From Azolla caroliniana (Eukaryota > Plantae > Polypodiophyta): a stretch of 64,000 nucleotides of DNA. Of this stretch, positions 26,623 through 37,382 are shown piece by piece. Numbering within the stretch: position 1 is the stretch's first letter; each line of letters starts with the position of its first letter. The stretch is taken from NCBI GenBank assembly GCA_043228905.1, contig JBHGNT010000006.1:7068001-7132000 (forward strand), read 5' to 3'. The translations under genes and the position numbers were made by a program. The notes beneath the pieces were generated by a model. That model ran no database searches. It worked only from the letters and a program-made list of their open reading frames with translations, and was not told where the DNA came from.

Positions 26623-27415
26623 TACCGCTCTATTGACACCAGAAGATGTTGTGCAGCACATTACTGGTCTTAACTTGAACAAGAGCTTCTTCTTAAAGAC
26701 AAAGCAACTCCAATCAAAAAATCCTTAAGGATCATGGTGATTGCAAGTAAAAGGTCTGACCATCATCACATTATCTTTACTGATGTTGTGTGTGATGATG
26801 ACCCACCATTAGAAATGAGATGCTGTGTGTGATGATGACCCACCATTAGAAAGACATTCTTCATCAAGGTTACAAATGTAGATGTGGCATAAGGCTTCCA
26901 GATGACAAAATATATCTTAAGGTAAAACAAGATCAGTACTCTCCACATGCATAATGTATCTCACATTGACTAAGCATAATGCCATGTTGCAAGACAAGCC
27001 ATTCACATATCACCAAGCATTTCCATATGCGTAGTATATATCTCAAGGTATGTCACTCATATCTAAGAAGTCGAGCGCTTCCATATGCAAATGATATATA
27101 TAGAATCCTCATGTCTGTATCTTCGGTATATTCTCTGGCAACATTTTTGGAGAAATTTTTTGGAAAGAACATAAAGACAAGGTTGATATCCAAAACCTCT
27201 TCAATAGTATTTCCCAACAACAAATAATGACAAATTCGGGATTTTATGTTACTTTATATGAAAGATCAAACCTTATAAGGACCTCCTCTCTTACATGTGT
27301 GCACGATTCAATTCAAAACAAATGTGTGCCCTCCGCACGAATCATCTCCCATCTCTTGTCGTCATAATTCACCATATGTATGGCTCATCAAAGCTCTCGT
27401 ACCATTTTCTATGAG
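26220..27415 (+). repeat. Diverged duplicate of the PPR/NF-YB intergenic and 3'UTR region (45000-45325 and 46900-47735)
   Basis: Collinear anchors: tgaagga.aa.tcctc.gacaaa (26338/45105), aaccttaggcaa (26513/45309), gacaaatcagatagga (26553/46905), cattcttcatcaaggtta (26855/47173), tctcaaggta (27041/47318), atgaaagatc.aacctta (27258/47558), aagctct..tac.attttcta (27391/47711). Confidence 0.85.
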
Positions 27416-27998
27416 GTTTCTTCAAATTGGTTAGACTAAAGAGCTTATGGTTTTTGGGTGTAGATGGCTCAAATCAATTTAGGAAATCTTGTAGGTTCCA
27501 TTGAGACAATGGCAAGGGTGTAGTTAACTACCATTGAAAAGGTTATTAGAACAAGGTTTTAGGTTACTCCATGTTTGTCCAATTCTCTTTCAAAAGATGA
27601 ACTATTAAGTAGGAACTTGTGAAACAAATATCGAGTGCTTGTGAAACTAAGATATTTGATAAAAAAATAGCAGTTATGTTATACAAAGGTACCTGTAATC
27701 CACTTCTTTTCTTTCAACAATAAATTGCAATACTTCCAATCACGTAGCACTACATCAATAACGAATAACCAACCTAATAGAAAAGGAACACAAAGCTCAA
27801 ATATGAACTTTGTAAATATTAGCACATCCATTGAATCGATAATTATTGCACTTCAAGGAAAGCATAACATATCATTACAATATTTTTACATTATGAATTC
27901 CATCATTTGCTCTGTCTAGTTCAAGCATTCTGCTAAAATCCTCCACACTGTTCTTCAGCATTGCCAAAACACTATTTCTTTTGATACCATCACTTTCT

Positions 27999-28205
27999 TG
28001 TAATTGTTTTGGTTGTTAGCTTGACATGTTAGTACATACTTGTCATTAATCTTCACTCCATATATAGCTTTCAAATTACGTGTGTTTTTGAAATATATGA
28101 ATGTAATTGTTTTGATTGTTAGCTTGACATGTTAGTACATACTTGCCATTAATCTTTACTCCATATATAGCTTTCAAATTACGTGTGTTTTTTAAATATA
28201 TGAAT
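27999..28205. repeat. ~103-bp tandem duplication
   Basis: tgtaattgttttg.ttgttagcttgacatgttagtacatacttg...aaatatatgaatg occurs twice. Confidence 0.92.
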
Positions 28206-29141
28206 GATGATTACACAGCTAATCAATGAATGAGCATACTGACAAATTATTTAACCATTAATCAATACAAGTTGTACGTAATCAACAAGTGCACTCACTA
28301 CTAATCTTATAATAGGTGAATTATCTGTAATCAGTATCTAATCTTAAGCCTAACCTTATGGAGCATAGAAGCCTTTGGTTCTCACATTCATTACCGAGCA
28401 AGATTTACGTGCAACGTCTTTGTAAAATACATAATTGAGCACACTCTATTTAGGTTTTCTAATAGCTTATGTCATAAAACCGACGCTCTTTCTTTGGCCT
28501 ATCCAGATCTCAATCAATAGAGCATTTCCCTGAATTCCACAGAAATCTTAATGTGGACATACCGAACATGACTGAGTGTACATGTTTATCATGAATCTAC
28601 TTCGATGATAAGTATACACAGACAATCTTACAAGACAAACACCAAATACTAAGCCTAAACCTGTTGTTACATATGCAGCAATATCCAGTATGCAACCTTG
28701 GTATTAGGTGTTTATCATGTATTTACTTTGATAAGTATACATATACATCATAGAAAGTGGGCCAATCCATAACACACTGGCAATAAATAATACAAAATGG
28801 ATTACACCTAGAGTACAGTAATCCAAAGAATCGCATAAAGGTGGATTATCGCCTAATTTTGTTTCTTGCATAGTTGCATCCTGAGGTAAAATGGGACATC
28901 TGACAAAAGGATTCCATGAATAACAAGTAATCTTTTCATTAAGATGGTGAAAACGTTGATGATGGTACAAGATACATGACTACAGTTTGTATGTATTTCA
29001 TTTTGATCTCTTCATGTACAAGTAATTTCTGTGTTTCTTTTTTCATTAATGTTAACCTGTAATTAACCTTTAGGTCAAGACTGGTTTTGACCTGTGGCAC
29101 TAGGAGACCAACAAAAAGCATGGGAATAGGGTTGGTTTTAT

Positions 29142-31959
29142 TTAGGGCAACCGTCTGATCTTGTTTATTCGAATCACACAGTAAATCAACGATCCGAGAA
29201 CAAAGAAAAGCATCACAGATCCGTATGCTACCAGGAAAGGTATCGCGCCTGTATCACTCCAGCTATTGCTTTCTGGACAAAGAAACGAGAAAAGTTCACA
29301 ACGAGATGTATTGGTGATGGATGAAAGATTAGTAAAAATAAATAATTACAATTTATGCATGAATCGCAAGTATGGTGCATTGCCTCTTATTTGCAAAAGT
29401 AGAAATAAATTTTAATTGGTGGAAATCAACTAGAGGAAGCATGAAAATGACTAGAAACATAGACGTCCTGCACATATTAAAAACAATTACAATGCTAATA
29501 ACTGCTTCAAATAGCTTTCCTTGACTAAATGGCAACACAGGTTTAGTAACCAAAGAATACATTGCAAAGAAAGAAAGAGCTAACGCAATGCATTACCTCT
29601 TATTTGCAGCTGTAAAAAGTAATCAACCTCTACAAATAAACTGGAGAGAGTGAGAGAAACAAATTTGGACAGCCGGCTGGAGATTTCGAATGTTGAATGA
29701 ACCTATTTTTCAGATTTTCCTCTATGTAGGCTCGAAGAACTTAAAAGTAACAATGCCTAATCATGCATTTCATGAACCAAAAGACACCAATCTTACCTTT
29801 CTGCAAAGAGCTTTGCAATCCCTAGGAAAGTACTCCTGGTGTATGTTGTGTGTGTGCATTCCCTCGGGGGTCTAGGAAGAGGTGGATTGCTACTATGTTA
29901 TCCCAAGTGTTGGTTCACCATTTCATTCCTGAGATTACCGGTTCCTTCTGATAGCGGTGTGTGTAGCTCAAGTGGCAGTGCTGGCAAAAGGTAGACGAGG
30001 CTTGCCTAACCTTAGCTACCTCTAAATCTACAATTTTCAGCTGTGACAACCATTCTCTTCTCCAAATCCAAACCGAGTTGGAGGGGCTGAGTTACCTTCC
30101 TTCGTTGAGAGCTTTCCTTTGGATAGTTGATTGAATCCTCTTTTTCTATATCCCTGTCTATAAACCTAATTTCAGTTTCATGTCTAGGGCCTTATGTCGG
30201 TGTCTAAACTGCTGATGACTGGCTACCACTTTCCTTTGTATGGTTTGTGGCCCCATGGTGCCTTCACCAACTTGTGTTGTTGAGCAAAAAAATAAGTCTA
30301 TCTTGTCCACTAAATTTTCACCTTGCAACATAGTGGGAAGGATTATTTACCAAAGTTTGTAATTGGCCATGTTGAGGTGCAGAACCTATGGAATCGATTT
30401 GGAGTCCTCGATAACAAAGCGAATGTGATTTCCTGGTGACTATAGGTGTGTCTTCTAAGTATTCGCGCAACAAGTCATCTATGTTCCAGGGCAACAAATC
30501 TTCTAAATCAGGGCTTGTCTACAGGTTAGGAGTCAATCCAAATTTGAGGGCTCATCTAAATGTCAGCAGACATCCAAATCAGGCCACATCAGTGTGTCTT
30601 AATTCCTTCCTTACAAATATATATTTTCTTCAAATTAGACTAGCAAAAAATTACAGATGGAAATCAAGTTTAAAAAAAAATATGAGCTAACCGAAGGAAA
30701 GCCATCCTCATCAAAGCACAGTCCCAGATATGGCTAAGAATGTTTCTCAAAAGAAGACAAAAACATCAGTCTTCGATGCTGAGAATATCACACAAAGAAA
30801 TCATAATTCTTTAATCCTGATCAAAGCCGCAAATAGTACATGGAAGACAGAAAAACAATGGTTTTCTATGTTAAGCTTAAGTCTTAAAGCAGTGAATTCA
30901 TTGTTTTTCTGCTCATAACACTAAGATCAAAACATGAAGCAAATACTTATCCCTGTAGTGGTCATATCAACAAGATTTTTTCCTTGTGTCTCTCAAACAT
31001 TAACAGTAAATCACAATTACCTTGGCATATCACAAAGATTGATGCAAAGAAAGAGATAATTTTCTTAGTCTTCAAACTACAATTACCAAGGGAAAAACAC
31101 GTCTTTGTGTATAGCAACAAGATTAACAGAGTACAATCACAGTTTCCTTCTAGCAGAATACAGAGATTGTTATAAAGGAAATCATAGTTCTCTTTCTGGA
31201 TAAGATTAAGAGAGGAAAACCTGCCTTCTTTGGAGGAAATCACAGTTTCTTTATGTGGGAACGCTTTCAAGTTTTTTATGAGTTGGGCAGCTTTCAGGCA
31301 CAAGGGAAAACTAGTAAAGTTTCAGCCGCATGAACATGACAATGGCAAGGGAGAACCTCGTAGCTTTCTGTACTGAAGGAAATTTAAAGTTGCTGTAGTG
31401 ACAATTAGTCTGTAATTTTTCTATAACTTTCAGATTACAGATGGATTGAAAAAGGAGACATAGGAAAATATTAGGGATTACATGGTGCAAAACTTTACAG
31501 GCTCCTCTAAAAACAATTGAGTTGACTTTTTCTATGCATAAACCGAACATTTAACAAGTAGAACTGATCAAGGAAGTATCAGAGATGGAAAAATGAAATA
31601 TGGATGCGAGTTTCAGATCAAAAAAGAATCCGAAAACAGAATAATCAAGGAAACAAATTTAGGATTTTCAGGATGCAGAACTTCACCATAAATCGGCCTT
31701 GAGCTGCGAGAGATGACCGACTCGATATATGAAGGAATGTAAGCACCTGCAATAAAAAAAGGGGGGGCGGGGATCTTAAATAAACAGATTTAGCTGCGAG
31801 AGGTGACAGATTTAATTGCTGCAAAATGGAATATACGTAATTTGGAAAAAAAAGGAGAAAGAAACAGATTTCTGCTCAGAGAGGATGATCGTGAAATCTG
31901 TGCCCTTATTGTTGAGTCCCCGGTGGTCATATGTCTGATTCCAATTCTGTGTGTTTGTT

Positions 31960-32000
<41 letters not shown>

Positions 32001-32182
32001 TTATAATGAAGATGATATGATGAAACCTGTTGTTTTGTTATCAGTATTCAGAGATGGGAAACGAGAGAGAGGGAGACAGACAGACAGACAAAACACAGAT
32101 TACCTTGGCGTGGAGAAGGAGGAGGAGGAGGAGGAGGAGAAGAAGGAGGAGGAGGAGGAGGAGGAGGAGGCGATGGGGTCAT
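29142..32182 (-). CDS. Predicted 89-aa proline-rich single-pass membrane microprotein (3 exons; absent from the ORF track)
   Basis: Exons 32104-32182, 31687-31746 and 29142-29272 are joined by two phase-1 GT-AG introns (CAAG|gtaatc..ttttattgcag|, TATG|gtgaag..ttttctcgtttctttgtccag|). Product: MTPSPPPPPPPPPSSPPPPPPPSPRQGAYIPSYIESVISRSSRPIYESNSWSDTGAIPFLVAYGSVMLFFVLGSLIYCVIRINKIRRLP*. Confidence 0.6.
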
Positions 32183-33719
32183 GGTGTTTCTTCTCAGGAA
32201 AAACAGAAAGGGAGATTCCTTCGTGCAACTGGTACATACATTTGGCGATGGCGTTTTCTCTGTACATACATACATATATACGCCTGTCTCTGTCTCTGTC
32301 TCTGTCTCTGTCTCTGTCTCTGTCTCTGTCTCTGTCCAGCTCAAGCGTCGATAACCCAACCCACGTGTGCCTATGTATGCATTGTAAGGTATGTATGTAT
32401 GTATGTATATGTGGGTATTGTATCCTATGTATGTATTTATGTATATGTGTATGTATGGTATGTATTACCATGAGGCATTCTAGACGGTCACTTGAGATGT
32501 GTTATCATTTGGTTCCGAAAGGGAATAATGGTGACCCCGACATCGCCCACCCCACGAAACCTATCATCTAGTATTAATACTACTAGGGAGGTTCGGGGGC
32601 GGGGGGAAGAGAGCGAATGCATGACCAATGTTGCCTCATAAGATCAGAAACAAACAGAATCAAAACAAAGCATTGTCACATGATCTAGTTTTCAAGAACC
32701 AAACAACAAAGACATCCTAGTCGACTATAGTGCCAAAAGAGGAAAGAGCTTAGTTTTCCATCACCTTTTTGCTTTGTACCATTTCAAAGTTGCTCTCCGA
32801 CATGTTTGTTAGAACTTAGTCCCCATTCACGATAAGATATCATTAATAATTATCTCTTGCTCGCTCTATCCTATCTTTCATCATTAGGAACAATATATTG
32901 TTATGGAACCTCCATGACCAATACTGCTACTTTTTGCATTGGTTTCCATATATCGGCCTACATTTTTACGTTAATAAACGCATATTATGAACATGCAAAG
33001 CAAGTTAATGTTACAATCAATGTAATTATGTATTATATTTTAAACGAGAATACAAGTTTAATATGAGACAATTTTGGGATCATACGCTATTCGTTATTAT
33101 TGCAATAATGTATACTCGAACAATTAGGACCAGATCATACATGAAAACAATTTCTGTCATGCACATGTACTAAGTTCTAACACTAACTTTTTGAAGATTG
33201 TTACTCTTATTTGAAGGGTGTTTACCATGCCTTCTTTGCATATGTTCATAATAATCATTGTCTTCATGGCATGAGCTAACCAATAATTAAAAACCACTTT
33301 CATGCTTATGCCTTCACACCCTTTGTGAGTAACTCGAGATCAACCTATAATGTTCCAAACCAAATTGAATAATTAAGTTCCTTAAGCTAATGACCTTTTA
33401 GTAGTTAATAGAAAAGTAAGGAATATGATATTGACAAAGGTTGGGGGTTGCACATCTCATGCATTCTATCATATGGTGATTTTGCAAATTTCACAATCAT
33501 GTTTGTAAGCTCTTGGAAGTTGGTTTCATTGGGTCATTTTAGCTTTGTAGCAGTTAGTGGAGTAATGTATTGACTCAATCTACTTGAAATTGATCTGAAT
33601 TTAGGAATGTTAAATGATCTTCAAGTTTAAAGTAACCATAGAGAAAGTGAAACCCTGGGATGACCTCAATATGTCAATGATAGAATTAAGAAAAACAAGT
33701 TATGTGAGAAACGGGGCCT

Positions 33720-34780
33720 TCTTCCAATAGGCAGTAAATTCGAGGTGTTGCAACACTGCAACATCTGTCTCACCTTTAATATCCTCATACTGCCCTTTCA
33801 AGGTATGCACCATCTCCATCCAAACATTCCCTACACTTTCCACTGGCTGAACAGTAGTATTACCAAACACCTTAGAACACCTAGCAGTCCAAATAAAACC
33901 ACATTGTGGTGGTGCATAGTAGCTCCCATACTTCTTGCATTGCCTTTAACATGTAAGGAGCTTCCATATGACTTCGTTGCACCACCATTATCATTCCTCT
34001 TTGAATTCTAATAATCGTGTCATTTGGACATGCCTCATATGGCCACATCATTTGTGTCACTGTAGCCCATACAACCATACCCCACGAAAAACTGCAATCC
34101 CTAAACATAAAGGCTAGAACTCGAAACACTCATCTCCAAACTTGCTGTGCAGCATGACATTCCCACAAGTAATGTTTCAATGTCTCCATCTGACAACTAC
34201 AATAGATGCATGCGGTCGACCCAACTGATTGTTGTAGCCACTGGCCAACTGGTAATGCTCTATGTATTACTAGCCATTGGAAGACATTTATTTTCATATC
34301 TTTCTTCCTTTTCCATAATGTTCTCAAAAACTTTGCTAGGAATTCAGATGTGATCCCTTGATGGGTCCAAATTTGACTAGCTCGTGGTGTAGTCTTGCGT
34401 TGAGCTGCCAAAATCTATCTTCCAATCTTAACTGAGTATTGAAAAAAACCACATCTTTTTTCCGCACGATCAAACAAATCTTTCCACCAAATTTCTCTCG
34501 GATCCCATTGCAACCTTATCAAAGGTTTCTTTTCAAAAACTCTCAATTTCCAATGCTCCTTGACTACATCAACTTGTGGATCAATGATCCACTTAGATCT
34601 GTCATAAGCAAGGATCCTTATTTTAGAGAATGTAGCATATTGCAAGATCTCTGGTTGTATCGTTGCTCTACATATACTGTCATCTTCCTCCGCATCGTAA
34701 TCTTGACATCGTCCGCAAATTCAAGACATTTCAAAATTCTAGACCCAATTGGCGCTTAGCACCACCAGTATGGTTGTTCC
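33720..34780 (-). mobile_element. Decayed L1-type LINE fragment (zf-RVT), related to 17280-18703
   Basis: WKLRVFEKKPLIRLQWDPREIWWK compares with WRLRVYGCRPLVNLDWDPGDFRWK. KINVFQWLVIHRALPVG...CIYCSCQMETLKHYLWECHAAQQVW is interrupted by stops. Confidence 0.8.
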
Positions 34781-36354
34781 TACCACCAATCACATAACTT
34801 GGTTAAGGAGTGGTGGAGTGTTCATACTATTTATCCTTGAGGGATGGGACCTAAGGAAGAATGCAACATATCAATGGTAGCTTGATGGTAGGTCAGCTTT
34901 ATTGTAATAATTGTTCATAACTAATGAAAGGATATTCTCCGGGAAAAAAAAGGAAAAAAGAAAAAAAAGTTATGTAACAATACATACATTTGTGAGCTTG
35001 AATCCATCGACTCACAACCAAAAAATAGATACATTAGCCAACATGTTGAGTTGATAACCTAAATACCTTTCTACTTTACAACATCAATAAACCTAAGAAG
35101 TTGTTACATCAACATCTTTATCATTTTCATTTCCAAGATACTCCCTTGGCTTTGTTGTCTTCATGTAGATCAAGAAAATAGTTTGTCGCCAATCGCATCC
35201 CTGAGCATAACATAAATATTATATTTCAACATGAAACCACTTACCAACAAGAAATATCTCGTCTCCACCTTGTTACATAAAGGTAAAATATTTTTAAGTA
35301 TTTGGCAAGGTGTGAACAATGACGTGAAAAATGATGTGAAAAATTATTTTCATATATGTTTATATCCATTTTGTTTCTTAATGGGTCAACCCATACTCTA
35401 AATTCCATGCATGTTCATATGTTGTCCCCTTGTTAATAACACACTTAATCTCGTTTCCTTAAGATGGATATAATGTATATGTATCAAGCTACATCTGAAA
35501 ACTAGTCTAAAATATACATGTGGTTGGAGGACAATAATATATTTTGGTACCTAACTTCAACAATGATAATTAAGGGGTAGGCTCAAGGGTATATTATATA
35601 CAATATAATCCATATTGATGCATAGGGGTTGCAAAGGGGATCCAAACCTTTCCGAAAATTGTTTTGACCATCTAATTTGTTGTTGTGGTATCTCATGTAG
35701 GAATCAACAACGGTTCGGTTTCAACTTGACAAGTTTGGCCTTGTCCAAACCAACTAGTTAAGGAGTTTTCAAACTTGAACTGAACTAGTTCCTAAATCGG
35801 GTTAGCCAAACTAATTAAGCCGGCTTGGGAAACAATTTGCTCAGAATGGTTAGGATTGACTTGAGCCATCCCAAATTGAGCTCAAACCGATTAAGGAAGC
35901 TCAAGCTTGAACAATGTCGAACTGAACTGCGCAAAGTGTTAAAAAATGGTTTAACAACTCAAATAAGGCATTAGCCGAGTCGTTCTCGACTCCTAATCCC
36001 GTGATTATATTGGCTTTATGGTCGGGGGGGGGGGGGGGGGGGCAATGGTTAGCTCAAATTTCGTATGTTTCCCAGGTCGAGGGGTGAGCTTGTCCATATT
36101 GGCTTTATGTGAGTGTTCAAAGTTAGCCTCTTTTATGCATGTTTGTGCAGGTGGAGAGGCGTTTGACGGTAACAATCGTGTTGGAACTGACAAGACATAT
36201 ATCTACAAAAGCACATCGGCATGAGTTGGATCTGACAGGACATATCTACAAAAAGCACATCGGCATGATCGTATAGTATAGTCGAAGGAATTGTGTTTCG
36301 GAGGGCATATAAAACAACTTACGAATGGAGGCCATATTTGTGATATTGGGCAAC

Positions 36355-36398
<44 letters not shown>

Positions 36399-36899
36399 GA
36401 GTTGGGTAGGAACTGAAACGTGTTGGGTATGTAGAAAAAAAAACGCAACTCAAGCAAAAAAGGTGCGTTTTTGCGTTTTTAGAAAAGCTTCGAAGAAGAA
36501 GAAGAAGAAGAGGAAGATTGCTTGAATTTTATTTTATTTTTTGCCCTTTTTAATTAATTAATTAATGAATTAGTATTAATTCATCCCACGTCTTTACATA
36601 TTTATTTACTCAAAATTCATATTTTGTCATCATCATCCATTTCACTTAATATTTAATATATATATATATATATATATATTTCCATAGTTTTTCATATTTA
36701 CATATCTGGCCTTCCTTCCTTTTTCTTTTTGCGTTTTTTCTCTTCCAGAAAATGTTTATAAAAACAAAAAACCCCCCAAAAAAAAAAAAACAAGAAAAGC
36801 ATTTCCTTCTTCTGCCTCTGCTTCTGCGTTTCTCCGTTTCCCCGTTTCGTCGGCTTCTTGCGGCTTTATCCTGCTCGAGAAGCTTCTTCCTTTCTCTTT

Positions 36900-36936
36900 C
36901 TAACCCTAACCCTAACCCTAACCCTAACCCTAAACC
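36900..36936 (+). repeat. (TAACCC)5 hexameric telomere-like run in the Dof-like gene leader
   Basis: ctaaccctaaccctaaccctaaccctaaccctaaacc. Confidence 0.85.
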
Positions 36937-37382
36937 TCGTACCAGAGCACAATTTTTTTTGGCGTTTCTGCGTTTCTTTACCTCTCCTCTCCTGCCGCTC
37001 CATCCCCCCGAGTAAGATTCGTTCTTTCTTTCTTTCTTTTTTCCCTCCTCGCGGAACCCCGAAGAGCTATATGCGAATCAAAGGCCCCTGCAAAACCTTA
37101 TAGAAGACGACCTCCTTTGCGAAGATCCAAGGTATTAACTGGAAGCTCTGGGATTTCAAAACATTATGTCTAAATTGTCTTTGTTTCGATCGTTTAGCTT
37201 TTCTTTCCTCTGCAGAAAATTAGGCACCATCCGTTGAACAGGGCTCTCTGCCTTTTCTTGTTCTGCTTTCCATGTCTTTCCTGCTTTCCTGTTAAAAGGT
37301 ATATTACTCTCATTTGCTTTTCTTACACATTCGTTTTTCACATTTATATTTCTATGGTAGAAACGGCAAAGGAGTGTTGAAG

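Noticed and set aside
31951-32571. Plus-strand poly-E/poly-R ORFs
   Set aside because: Built from (GT)n, (GA)n, (GAG)n and (TCTCTG)n microsatellites. Splice signals point to the minus strand.
35620-36000. hAT/MITE-like subterminal motifs (aaccg, gaactgaac, gagctc)
   Set aside because: No matching pair of terminal inverted repeats or TSD could be identified.
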